DNA of 46,553 nt, from the NCBI GenBank assembly GCA_030834825.1, contig JAUQXC010000940.1, positions 1 through 46,553 of the forward strand, in the 5' to 3' direction. The stretch's first letter is position 1. Each line of letters opens with the position of its first letter. The translations under genes were made by a program, and so were the position numbers. A model generated the notes under the pieces. That model searched no databases, had not been told where the DNA came from, and saw only the letters and a program-made list of their open reading frames with translations. Source of the DNA: Thermoflexales bacterium (GTDB lineage: Bacteria; Chloroflexota; Anaerolineae; Fen-1058). Shown one piece after another: positions 1-8,422 of the stretch.

Positions 1-549
1 AAGTTGGTTCAGACTTCGCTCGATGTCCCTTTGAAAGTCGCGCAGACCCTTGTGATAGATTTTGTTGTCCAGCACAGTATGGCCAGGCGCGCGTTGTTCC
101 ATGAACTCAGTGAAAACACCTGTCTCATAAGCGGCTTTCCATTCATCCGTCATTTCAGCAAACAGCAGCTCGCGCAGTGAGCGTCCTTGCCAGAATGGAA
201 TAATCTCGTCACGATACAAAGCGCGTGTTTCGGCGCTGACGACAAACGGAATCTTCTCGCGTGTGTTGAGAAGGTCCAGGTCCGGCAGGCTGTGGCAGCA
301 CAACTCGGGATAGGTGGGCGTGGCTTTGGGCGCGGGGCCTTTCTCGCCCACGATCAATTCATCTGCACCCATAAAGATGGTCTGGTGTTCCAGTAGGTAT
401 TGAAAGGCCAGGGCGCGTTTAACGGGCGCCGACAGCAGGCCGATCTGCTGCCCATAGGCCTGCGTCATCAATTGTGCCCGCTCGGATGAGAGGGTGGGTT
501 GAGCGTCTAGACTGCGCTGGCGCAAACGGGCGACACGTTCTGTCAGCAT
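1..549 (-). CDS. Glycyl radical enzyme (PFL2/glycerol-dehydratase type), N-terminal ~183 codons only; continues past the window start
   Basis: Absent from the ORF track because it runs off the window. A reverse-strand ATG at 549 (GGAAGG about 9 nt upstream) gives MLTERVARLRQRSLDAQPTLSSERAQLMTQAYGQQ..KRALAFQYLLEHQTIFMGADELIVGEKGP... This is a typical N-terminus for PFL2-family glycyl radical enzymes. The gene lies 48 nt downstream of a GRE activase. Confidence 0.75.
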   Translation of the reverse strand, partial: MLTERVARLRQRSLDAQPTLSSERAQLMTQAYGQQIGLLSAPVKRALAFQYLLEHQTIFMGADELIVGEKGPAPKATPTYPELCCHSLPDLDLLNTREKIPFVVSAETRALYRDEIIPFWQGRSLRELLFAEMTDEWKAAYETGVFTEFMEQRAPGHTVLDNKIYHKGLRDFQRDIERSLNQL

Positions 550-597
550 GATCTTTTACCTTCCCTTTCCGAAGATGGCCGGCCTTTCGCGAGGTTA

Positions 598-1503
598 CTA
601 TTCGCTAATCGTTACAGGCAAATCAAACTGTTGCAGCACAAGCGCGATCTCGCTCAGCCGATTTGTATCAGGCCGGCGGACCTCAAACAGCCGATAGGGC
701 TTGCCGAGTCGCAGGTATTTGTCGACGGCGATGTGATGATAGGCGAGCAGATCGATCGGATGACGCCGGGGCAGTGCGGCTATGAATTCCGCCAACTGCC
801 GGATCGCTTCGTCGTCGTCGTTGAGCCCGGGCACGATCGGGATGCGGATGACGATCGAGTGGCCGAGGGCCGAGAGGTCCTGCAGGTTGCGCAGGATGGA
901 GTGGTTGGTGACGCCGGTAAACTCGCGATGCCGCTCGTCGTCGATCAGCTTAAGATCGTAGAGAAAGAGATCGGTAAAGGGCCGAATTTGATCGAGCGTT
1001 TCCCACGAGGCGAAGCCGCACGTGTCGATTGCCGTATGCAGCTCGCGCGCGTGACAGGCCTGCAGCAGCGCGAGGAGAAAGTCGCGCTGAAGCAAAGGTT
1101 CACCGCCGGAGAACGTGACGCCACCGTGCGACTCATCGTAGAACGCCAGGTCAGGCTCAATCTCGGCCATGACCTGCTCCACGGTCATTTCGCGCCCGAC
1201 GATCTGGCGCACTTCAGCATAGCATTCGCTGACGCAGGTGCCACAGTGTTCGCACATCGCCCGATCGGTGATCGGCTCACCGTCAAGCCAGGTGATGGCC
1301 TGCTGTGGACAGGCCGCGAGGCATGCCCCGCAGCGAATGCAGCGATTCTCGTACAGGATCATTTCACGCTGCGGCGACTGACTCTCCGGGTTATGACACC
1401 ACCAACAATTAAGCGGACAGCCCTTGAAAAAGATCGTGGTCCGGAGACCCGGCCCATCATGAATCGCGTACTTTTTGATGTCGAAGATGAGTCCGTGTGT
1501 CAC
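598..1503 (-). CDS. Glycyl-radical enzyme activating protein (radical SAM, with two auxiliary 4Fe-4S ferredoxin motifs)
   Basis: Carries CPLNCWWCHNPES (CxxxCxxC), CIRCGACLAACP, CEHCGTCVSECY and GGVTFSGGEPL. I moved the start from 1632 to the GTG at 1503 (VTHGLIFDIKKYAIHDGPG), where this family normally begins. The 1632 start would cover the promoter/operator at 1605-1633. Confidence 0.85.
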   Translation of the reverse strand: MTHGLIFDIKKYAIHDGPGLRTTIFFKGCPLNCWWCHNPESQSPQREMILYENRCIRCGACLAACPQQAITWLDGEPITDRAMCEHCGTCVSECYAEVRQIVGREMTVEQVMAEIEPDLAFYDESHGGVTFSGGEPLLQRDFLLALLQACHARELHTAIDTCGFASWETLDQIRPFTDLFLYDLKLIDDERHREFTGVTNHSILRNLQDLSALGHSIVIRIPIVPGLNDDDEAIRQLAEFIAALPRRHPIDLLAYHHIAVDKYLRLGKPYRLFEVRRPDTNRLSEIALVLQQFDLPVTISE

Positions 1504-1604
1504 GGTGTTGCCCCTGCCTTCAGCGTTACGGACAAGCTTAAGCGCGGCGACGCAACATGTCAAATGACAAAGGTCACCTGTTTGAACGGTTAAACGTAGC
1601 CGGG

Positions 1605-1633
1605 TTGACAATCTGTGTACCGAATGGTACACT
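1605..1633 (+). promoter_or_regulatory. Sigma70-like promoter (TTGACA-17-TACACT) with embedded palindromic operator TGTACCGAATGGTACA (1616-1631)
   Basis: TTGACA at 1605-1610, a 17-nt spacer and TACACT at 1628-1633, 30 nt upstream of the TetR ATG. The inverted repeat TGTACC/GGTACA overlaps the spacer and the -10 element. Confidence 0.6.
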
Positions 1634-1663
1634 CGCGTCAGTTGCGAACTTTAAGGAACCGGG

Positions 1664-2230
1664 ATGGATAACCGCGCCAAAATCTTGTCATGCGCCCTGC
1701 AATTGTTTGCCACACGCGGCTATGATGCAGTGGGCGTGCAAGAGATCGTCGCGGCGGTCGGCATTGCGAAGCCCACATTGTATCATTTCTTTGGCAGCAA
1801 AGAAGGCGTCTTGCAAGCGCTGCTGACCGAGCACTTTGCGGAGCAATATGAACGTGTGAAACAAGCGGCGGTTTACCGGGGCGATCTGCCCTTGACGCTC
1901 AACCAGATCGCCACCGCCTATTTTCAATATGCCGGCGATCACCGTCAATTCTACCGGATGCAGCTGTCGATGTGGTTTGGTCCGGCCAACAGCACCGCCT
2001 ATAAAGCGGTGTCACGCTTGAATGAAAAGCAGCACCAGCTGCTGGAAGATCTGTTTGCGCGGGCCAGCAAGGACCATGGCAACCTGCGTGGCCGCCAACG
2101 GGCTTATGCCGCCACTTTTCTGGGAATGATCAACACCTATATCGGCCTGTCGCTCAACGGTTATGCTGACCTGTCGGATGAGTTGGTCCAGCAGGCCGTT
2201 CATCAATTTATGCACGGCATCTTTTCATAG
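1664..2230 (+). CDS. TetR/AcrR family transcriptional regulator
   Basis: N-terminal HTH region ILSCALQLFATRGYDAVGVQEIVAAVGIAKPTLYHFFGSKEG. It is divergent from the GRE activase. Confidence 0.9.
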   Translation: MDNRAKILSCALQLFATRGYDAVGVQEIVAAVGIAKPTLYHFFGSKEGVLQALLTEHFAEQYERVKQAAVYRGDLPLTLNQIATAYFQYAGDHRQFYRMQLSMWFGPANSTAYKAVSRLNEKQHQLLEDLFARASKDHGNLRGRQRAYAATFLGMINTYIGLSLNGYADLSDELVQQAVHQFMHGIFS

Positions 2231-2240
2231 GCGATATTTT

Positions 2241-2270
2241 TTGCGCGGACTATGTACCGATCGGTACAAA
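2241..2270 (+). promoter_or_regulatory. Candidate promoter (TTGCGC-18-TACAAA) with perfect palindrome TGTACCGATCGGTACA (2253-2268) upstream of the GH13 gene
   Basis: Same half-sites as the 1616-1631 site. The right half-site again overlaps the -10-like hexamer. Confidence 0.5.
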
Positions 2271-2300
2271 TTGATGTAGCTTTGAGAAAGGTGATTCTGC

Positions 2301-3659
2301 ATGTCACATTGGGCTTGCGATTCGATCTTCTATCATATCTATCCGTTGGGGTTGTGCGGCGCGCCGGAACGCAATGACTTTACGACAGCGAGTGTGCCAC
2401 GGCTGGAGCAGCTCTACACCTGGCCGGCGCACTTAAAGTCTCTCGGCGTCACAGCCGTCTATCTGGGGCCGGTCTTTGAATCAAGCGCGCACGGCTATGA
2501 TACTGCCGACTACTATCGCGTCGATCGCCGGTTGGGCGACAATGTCACACTGCGCGAGCTGGTGTCCGTGTTGCGGCGCGAAGGCCTGCGTGTGATTCTC
2601 GATGGCGTGTTCAACCATGTGGGCCGCGACTTTTGGGCATTTCGTGATGTGCGGGAGCGGCGTGAACAGTCGGCCTACGGCAGCTGGTTCCAGGGACTCA
2701 CGTTTGGACAGACCAGCCCCTATCACGATCCGTTTATGTATGAGGGTTGGAATGGTCACTATAGTCTGGTCAAACTCAACCTGCAACACCCAGAGGTGAA
2801 ACGCCACTTGTTGCAGGCGGTTGAAATGTGGATCCGCGAGTTTGAGATCGATGGGCTGCGGTTGGATGTGGCCGATTGCCTGGATTTGGGGTTTCAACAA
2901 GAGCTGGCGGCAGTGTGCCGCGATATCCGATCGGACTTCTGGCTTATGGGCGAGGTCATTCACGGCGATTATCGGCGCTGGGTCAATGCTGAGACGCTCG
3001 ATTCCGTCACCAACTATGAATGCTACAAGGGACTATATTCCAGCCACGTCGATCGGAATTATTTTGAGATCGCCTATGCGTTGAATCGCCAATTCGGACC
3101 GGGCGGGCTGTATCGCGGCTTGCCCCTCTACAACTTCGCCGACAATCACGATGTCAACCGCGTCGCCAGCAATCTAACGAATCCCGCCCATTTGTATCCA
3201 CTCTATTGCCTGTTGTTTACGATGCCGGGTGTGCCGTCGATCTATTACGGCAGTGAATGGGGACTGGAAGGCATCCGCACGGCTGCGAGTGATCAGATGC
3301 TGCGTCCCAGCCTTTCGCTCTCGACCTTGCCACAAACTGCTGCACAACGTGATCTCGTCAACGCCATTGCCCGGTTCGCCCAGGTGCGGCAACGCTCCGC
3401 CGCATTGCGCTATGGCGATTATCAACAGCTGTTGGTCAATCATGAACAACTGGCCTTTGCGCGGCAGTTTGAGAATGAGTGGGCCATCGTTTTGATCAAC
3501 GCCGCGGATCGGCCAGCGCCGTTTGATGTGACGCTGCCCATTGCCGGCGCACAGCAGCTGATCGATGTGTTGAATGCGGAAGAGATTTTCCAGATCGTGC
3601 GCAATCACGTGCGGGTGGAGGTGTGGCCACACTGGGCGCGCATCCTCGTGGCGCGCTGA
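2301..3659 (+). CDS. Alpha-amylase family (GH13) glycoside hydrolase
   Basis: The four GH13 conserved regions are present: DGVFNHVG, GLRLDVADCL, LMGEVIHGD and FADNHDVNRV. Confidence 0.85.
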   Translation: MSHWACDSIFYHIYPLGLCGAPERNDFTTASVPRLEQLYTWPAHLKSLGVTAVYLGPVFESSAHGYDTADYYRVDRRLGDNVTLRELVSVLRREGLRVILDGVFNHVGRDFWAFRDVRERREQSAYGSWFQGLTFGQTSPYHDPFMYEGWNGHYSLVKLNLQHPEVKRHLLQAVEMWIREFEIDGLRLDVADCLDLGFQQELAAVCRDIRSDFWLMGEVIHGDYRRWVNAETLDSVTNYECYKGLYSSHVDRNYFEIAYALNRQFGPGGLYRGLPLYNFADNHDVNRVASNLTNPAHLYPLYCLLFTMPGVPSIYYGSEWGLEGIRTAASDQMLRPSLSLSTLPQTAAQRDLVNAIARFAQVRQRSAALRYGDYQQLLVNHEQLAFARQFENEWAIVLINAADRPAPFDVTLPIAGAQQLIDVLNAEEIFQIVRNHVRVEVWPHWARILVAR

Positions 3660-3672
3660 CGAGGTAAATGAA

Positions 3673-3704
3673 AAACCGCCGAGGTCGTTCAACTTCGGCG
3701 GTTT
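3673..3704. terminator. Bidirectional hairpin terminator between convergent genes
   Basis: AAACCGCCGAGG-tcgttcaa-CTTCGGCGGTTT forms a 12-bp stem (one G-T pair). An A-run lies on one side and a T-run on the other. Confidence 0.7.
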
Positions 3705-3715
3705 GAGTTCGTGGT

Positions 3716-4738
3716 TTAGTTGATGTGCAAGATCTTGTTGCGGGTCTTGCCGTTGACGCGCTCAATTTGCCGCCAACTGCTGTTGTCATTCAGCGCAATC
3801 CAGCGCCGTTCCTCGACGCGATAGAACCAGTCCTTGTCCTGTTGGTAGTAGACTTGCTGATTGGCCGATTCCCAGATGTTCAGAATCTCATTGCTGTGCG
3901 CGTGCGTGTCGTCGAAATCCGTCGTGGCCCGCTGGCCCGTCTCGCTGTACCAGTGATTCAATTCGAGCAGCAGCGTGTTGATTTCGGGCTGCAAGTGCGC
4001 CACTTGCAACCCGATGGTTTGCGCTTCTTCGAAGAGAATGGGATAGTCGTGCGAGGGATACGTGGAATTCAGGGTGCGCGCGATCTCTTCGGATTTCGCC
4101 TGGTCCTGAATGTGATAGGCCAGCAGTTCCTGACACAGCATAATCGACAGCGATTCGGCGCGATCGACGGCCCCGATGACCAACGGATGGACGTACTGAT
4201 ACAAGGTGCCGTAAGGGTTTTCGTTTGAGTCGGCATGTTCGGCCCGCCATAAGCCGATCACCCGCGTGAGCTCGTTCAGGCTGACGCTCACACGCGAGTT
4301 GTCGCGATCGAGCGGCGACAGTTCATGGGTCAGCGAAGTATCCACCGCCGTCAGATAGGCCAGCGGTCCCATCCAGATTTCGTCGGCTCCCAGGGCGATC
4401 ATCGTTGCCGCCGAGGCACACTCCAGCGGCACCAACGCGATCAGCTGCCGGCAGTAGCGGCGCAGGAGATTGACCAGACGCAGCGAAGCCTGGCCGTTGC
4501 CGCCACTCGACTTGATGAAGAGATAGAGGGTGTCCTGTCGTCCGATCTTTTCCAGGATCTCATAGAGCGCCAGAACATCATTGTGACAGATGCCACCCTG
4601 CGGATTATTCCAATAGGTAATGAGTGGGCCGCCCACGAGTTCGGCGATGCGGGCGAGCAGGACCTGTGTCTTGTTGAATAAGACCGGCGGCTGCTTGATC
4701 CTGGGGGGAGCGGGTTGTTGCTGTTCGTTCGGTTCCAT
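3716..4738 (-). CDS. Clp-fold serine protease, SDH (serine dehydrogenase proteinase)-like N-terminal domain plus an uncharacterised C-terminal half
   Basis: LFIKSSGGNGQASLRLVNLLRRY...PLECASAATMIALGADEIWMGP resembles the ClpP/SppA-like SDH family core. I did not recognise the C-terminal ~170 aa. Confidence 0.5.
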   Translation of the reverse strand: MEPNEQQQPAPPRIKQPPVLFNKTQVLLARIAELVGGPLITYWNNPQGGICHNDVLALYEILEKIGRQDTLYLFIKSSGGNGQASLRLVNLLRRYCRQLIALVPLECASAATMIALGADEIWMGPLAYLTAVDTSLTHELSPLDRDNSRVSVSLNELTRVIGLWRAEHADSNENPYGTLYQYVHPLVIGAVDRAESLSIMLCQELLAYHIQDQAKSEEIARTLNSTYPSHDYPILFEEAQTIGLQVAHLQPEINTLLLELNHWYSETGQRATTDFDDTHAHSNEILNIWESANQQVYYQQDKDWFYRVEERRWIALNDNSSWRQIERVNGKTRNKILHIN

Positions 4739-4747
4739 GCTGACTCC

Positions 4748-5194
4748 TTAAGGGATTGAGGTTTCCACATACTGTTTCAAGGCTTGTCCCACAGCCTCGA
4801 AGCCACGTTGGATATCTTTGCGATATAAAGCCATGATCAACGGCACGAGCAGGCCGTCGAATGTTTCGTGGGTCTGATAGTGCGTGTGGTGCTCGTCCAA
4901 CGGCTCGACGATCTGCCAGCGATTTGCTTTGAGGATCAGCGGGCTGCCCATGATCGACGCCCAGGCAAAAGCGTGCTGCGGCTCAAAGACGGTCATCACT
5001 TCACGTTGGATGCGCCGCTGCCGTTCGTTCATCGTCACGTACAGAATCGCCGGTTCGCCTACCACGAAGGTGGTCTCGACACGCGGAGTGAACGGGTTCC
5101 ATTTGGGGTAGTTCTCCAGATCGGTCAGAACAGACCACACTTTTTCAAGTGGCGCATTGATACTGACGTTATCAGCCCGGATGAGGGTGGTCAT
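4748..5194 (-). CDS. SRPBCC (polyketide cyclase/START-like) family protein
   Basis: The N-terminus INAPLEKVWSVLTDLENYPKWNPF is typical of SRPBCC proteins. Length is 148 aa. Confidence 0.7.
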   Translation of the reverse strand: MTTLIRADNVSINAPLEKVWSVLTDLENYPKWNPFTPRVETTFVVGEPAILYVTMNERQRRIQREVMTVFEPQHAFAWASIMGSPLILKANRWQIVEPLDEHHTHYQTHETFDGLLVPLIMALYRKDIQRGFEAVGQALKQYVETSIP

Positions 5195-5221
5195 GCAAAA
5201 TACCTTCTAAAGCCCAATTCG

Positions 5222-5632
5222 TTAATGGTAAACCAGCGAATCAATCGGTGTGGGTGTATCGTCCCCTTCGCCGTCGTAGAGTAACATGGTTCCGGTGTCC
5301 AGATAAGGAGTTAAAGCGATGATCTCTTCATCTGTACATAGAAAGTATAGTGCTGATCCAACGTGCTGAATTGCGACGTCTGGGCAATCATCGCGATATG
5401 CCCGTGTTGTTGTCATCGTGCGACTAGCTTTGCCGTCTGGGCGCGTAATCTCAAGATAGGTATGCATAAATTCAAAATCGGTGTTGTCGCGTACAAAATC
5501 AACGCGGTATCCATAGATTTGTGCCGAGGCGCGTTTGCCTTCATACCACTGCGCAGTGTTGGCGCAGTATACAAACACGCCGGCAAGCGCGATGAGAAGA
5601 GCAGTCAATAGCATACGATGTTTCTTGATCAT
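5222..5632 (-). CDS. Small membrane-anchored protein of unknown function (paralog A)
   Basis: Has an N-terminal TM segment (KKHRMLLTALLIALAGVFVY) and GGAGAG 10 nt upstream of the ATG. It is clearly paralogous to 6699-7100; both share DGYR.DF, TRPDGK, TPYLDT.TMLLYDGEGD.TPTPIDSL.Y. Confidence 0.65.
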   Translation of the reverse strand: MIKKHRMLLTALLIALAGVFVYCANTAQWYEGKRASAQIYGYRVDFVRDNTDFEFMHTYLEITRPDGKASRTMTTTRAYRDDCPDVAIQHVGSALYFLCTDEEIIALTPYLDTGTMLLYDGEGDDTPTPIDSLVYH

Positions 5633-5689
5633 ACTTTATCGCTCTCCGAGCATATGATCACCAGATTGCTCAAGAGTCATGTTAGCCTA

Positions 5690-6559
5690 TCAATAGATTT
5701 CCGTCGCATCTTTGGGCAACTTTTTGACATGCCTCACGTAGTTGGATACTTTGATGTCATCCTGCTCCGGGTAATTGAATTCAAAGCAATTGGCCACGGA
5801 TTTGGCGCTCTGCCGAAAAAGATCATCCATGCTGAACAATGCTTCCCAGATGTGGTCCAACTGTGAATCAGAATAGGTGCCTTCGAGCAGCGCCCACAGC
5901 TCAGCGTCGATCTGACCCTTCAGGTATTTGCCCAATTTGCCGGAAGATTTTTGGAAATCTGTCTGTACGCCAAAGTACCATCTCAGCATTTTGAGCAATT
6001 GCTCTCTCAGCAGCGTGTCGAGTATGTACTTGGCGTGGATCAGCTCAGCGCGCCATAAGCTTTTGGCGACGTAGGGATTGAGCCACCAGAACTCATTGCA
6101 GCAATCGTCAAAGGCCTTGGCGCTCGGCTTTTGAGGAAGGTAGCCCGCGTCGCTCGGTGGCGGCAACTCTCCGAGCAGATTGTCCTTGTCGAGGAGCACC
6201 AGCGACAAACTATCTTTGAGGGTGACAGTGGTCTGGTGCAAGGCGTTGAAGCTCAGATCGATTCGAGTGCCGTCCATGAATTGCATCAGGTACGTGTAAT
6301 GCCCGTCACCCTCCGGGGGCGGATCGCTCATGTCTTCAGGCAACTGCAAGATCATGATCTCGCCGAAGTATTTGACGACGTCCATGTTGCGCCGGAACGG
6401 TTCGACGTCTCGGACATAGTAGACGATGTCGTAGTCCTGGAACGGATCTTTCTTTGCGTTGGGGTTGACGCGCGAACCATTCATCACCACGGCGCGTACC
6501 TCGTCGCACTCCCTGGCAAAGCTTAGAATGAGATCGAGCATTTCCTGTTCGCCGCGCAT
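5690..6559 (-). CDS. aadK: Aminoglycoside 6-nucleotidyltransferase, ANT(6)/AadK family (streptomycin adenylyltransferase-like)
   Basis: The N-terminus EMLDLILSFARECDEVRAVVMNGSRVNPNAKKDPFQDYDIVYYV closely resembles ANT(6)/AadK proteins, and the length (289 aa) fits. Confidence 0.8.
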   Translation of the reverse strand: MRGEQEMLDLILSFARECDEVRAVVMNGSRVNPNAKKDPFQDYDIVYYVRDVEPFRRNMDVVKYFGEIMILQLPEDMSDPPPEGDGHYTYLMQFMDGTRIDLSFNALHQTTVTLKDSLSLVLLDKDNLLGELPPPSDAGYLPQKPSAKAFDDCCNEFWWLNPYVAKSLWRAELIHAKYILDTLLREQLLKMLRWYFGVQTDFQKSSGKLGKYLKGQIDAELWALLEGTYSDSQLDHIWEALFSMDDLFRQSAKSVANCFEFNYPEQDDIKVSNYVRHVKKLPKDATEIY

Positions 6560-6698
6560 GATCGCTCCTTGTTACTTACACCTAATCTGTGCTGGGCGAT
6601 GGTTACCAATCCGCGTGATCCTCTCGTCGATAACGGAAAGTTCGTCGGAGTCAGTAGAATCGTGGGAAACAGATTAGTTTTAGCCCTCTTGTTTCCTG

Positions 6699-7100
6699 CT
6701 AGCGATAGTCCAGCGAATCAATCGGCGTGGGTGTAGCGTCCCCTTCACCGTCGTAGAGCAGCATGGTTTTGGTGTCTAAATACGGAGTTTCGGCTGAGAT
6801 GACATCGCCTGAGCATGCAAAATACATCTTTGTGTCGATCTGCAGAATCGCCAACTGAGAGCAATCAGGCATCTGCATTCTCCGCAAAGTCTCTGCGCTT
6901 TTTCCGTCAGGTCGTGTAACCTTCAAGACGGTCTTGAAAAACTCCATATCCCAGTCATATTTGAAATCCATGCGATACCCGTCGACCTGCGCAGAATCTT
7001 CTCGGGTGATATAGCCGTTTCCAAAGTATATACCGCAAGCAAACATACCAACAAGCAGGACGAAAAGTGCAATCAGTAGCGTGCGATGTTTCTTGAGCAT
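6699..7100 (-). CDS. Small membrane-anchored protein of unknown function (paralog B)
   Basis: Starting at the ATG at 7100 (MLKKHRTLLIALFVLLVGMF) gives a 133-aa product colinear with paralog A. The ORF-track start at 7163 would add 21 unmatched residues. Confidence 0.6.
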   Translation of the reverse strand: MLKKHRTLLIALFVLLVGMFACGIYFGNGYITREDSAQVDGYRMDFKYDWDMEFFKTVLKVTRPDGKSAETLRRMQMPDCSQLAILQIDTKMYFACSGDVISAETPYLDTKTMLLYDGEGDATPTPIDSLDYR

Positions 7101-7168
7101 GCCACATCCCGCTGCAAGGAAATAGGCAGACGGATAAGCCTCTCGACTCATCCGTTTATTCATTGCCT

Positions 7169-8422
7169 TTACTCTTTGCCCTTCCCCGTCACGATCCGGA
7201 TGCCGTCCTTGGTGTGCTTCATCTCATTCATGCCCCACGGAAAGTCGTACTGCGGCATCAAGTCCATAAAGGGATCCGGATCGAAGGCCTCCGGTCCCAA
7301 CACGCCGTGGCCCTCCCACTTGCCGGTGGCCAGCAATTCCATGGTGATTACCGGGCCGACGGCGGTCTGCCAGACCACGGCCTGCACGCCGTAATGCTTC
7401 ATGCACCACTCATTATCGGCCACCTGATACAAGTAGATTTGTTTCGCTTTGCCGCCTTGTTTGCCCGTGACCCACGTGCCCGCGCAGGTCTTCCCCGTCA
7501 TCTTGTCACCCAGATGCGATGGCTCCGGCAGGCACGCGGCCACCACATCCCGCGGCGCGACCAGCGAACCTTTAACCAGAATTTTCTCCTTGCTGTCAAG
7601 GCCCAGCATCTTCAGTGTCTTCAGCACGTTGATGAACTTGTCACCCAGACCGTACTTGAACGTCACGCGCTTGCATTTGATCCAGCGGGGCACCAGCAGC
7701 ACTTCTTCGTGCTCCACATTCACCACGTCCACCGAACCGATGCCATCGGGGAACTCGAAGGATTCCAGCTCGCTGAACGGCTCGGTGGTGTACCAGCTGC
7801 GCTTGGCTTCCCAGATGATCGGTGGATTCAGGCATTCCTCGATCGTCGTCCAAATGGAGAAATTGGGCGCGAAGGTGTAGCCGCGCACCTCGATGTTCGA
7901 TCCATCGCGCACGCCGATCTCGTCGATCTCGTCGAAGAGATGCTTCTCGGCGTAGCGGGCGAACACGTCGGCTACGCCCGGCTCGATGCCCATACCCACC
8001 AACGCCAACAGTTCCTTCTGCTCCCACTTGGCCGCCCGCTCGAATTGATAATCGCCTAACTTGACGCCGGTCTTGACGTAGGGGTCGAATTTGTGCGGCT
8101 TGGACAGCGTCATCGCCATGTCCATATAATTGACGCGCGCCTTATAAGCTGCGTCGAAGACGGTCTCGGCAAAGACGGGATCGACGGCGTTCATGATCAG
8201 ATCGACATTGTAATCGCGCGCCAGCTTCACGATCGCTTTCTTGTTGCGCGCGTCCAGCTGTTCCACGGGGAATTTCTTGGGATCGTTCAGCTTGGTGCTG
8301 ACCTCCTTCAGGCGGGGGAGGTTGTAATCAGCGAGTACCATTTTCTTCAGCCACGGCTTATCCTGTGCGATAATGGCGATGGCCTCACCCACACCGCCGG
8401 TGCCGATGAGCAATACCTTCAT
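7169..8422 (-). CDS. Saccharopine dehydrogenase family protein, carboxy(nor)spermidine dehydrogenase-like
   Basis: Rossmann start MKVLLIGTGGVG (ATG at 8422 preceded by AAGGAGAATC). KHLFDEIDEI, GKTCAGTWVTGK..GKAK and DPDPF resemble carboxynorspermidine dehydrogenase as I recall it. Confidence 0.7.
   Translation of the reverse strand: MKVLLIGTGGVGEAIAIIAQDKPWLKKMVLADYNLPRLKEVSTKLNDPKKFPVEQLDARNKKAIVKLARDYNVDLIMNAVDPVFAETVFDAAYKARVNYMDMAMTLSKPHKFDPYVKTGVKLGDYQFERAAKWEQKELLALVGMGIEPGVADVFARYAEKHLFDEIDEIGVRDGSNIEVRGYTFAPNFSIWTTIEECLNPPIIWEAKRSWYTTEPFSELESFEFPDGIGSVDVVNVEHEEVLLVPRWIKCKRVTFKYGLGDKFINVLKTLKMLGLDSKEKILVKGSLVAPRDVVAACLPEPSHLGDKMTGKTCAGTWVTGKQGGKAKQIYLYQVADNEWCMKHYGVQAVVWQTAVGPVITMELLATGKWEGHGVLGPEAFDPDPFMDLMPQYDFPWGMNEMKHTKDGIRIVTGKGKE

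Noticed and set aside
631-1593. 320-aa plus-strand ORF antisense to the GRE activase
   Set aside because: It is a shadow ORF of a well-supported radical-SAM gene. The composition is Arg/Gly/Ala/Asp-rich and low-complexity, with no motifs and no RBS. Such ORFs are typical of high-GC DNA.
1504-1632. 43-codon N-terminal extension of the activase (ORF-track start at 1632)
   Set aside because: The extension has no similarity to the family N-terminus and would overlap the TetR promoter/operator. The GTG at 1503 reproduces the canonical (M)xxGxIFDIxxxxxHDGPG start.
7163-8059. 298-aa plus-strand ORF overlapping the saccharopine-dehydrogenase-family gene
   Set aside because: It is antisense to a gene with clear Rossmann and family motifs. 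The composition is His/Arg/Leu-rich with no recognisable domain.
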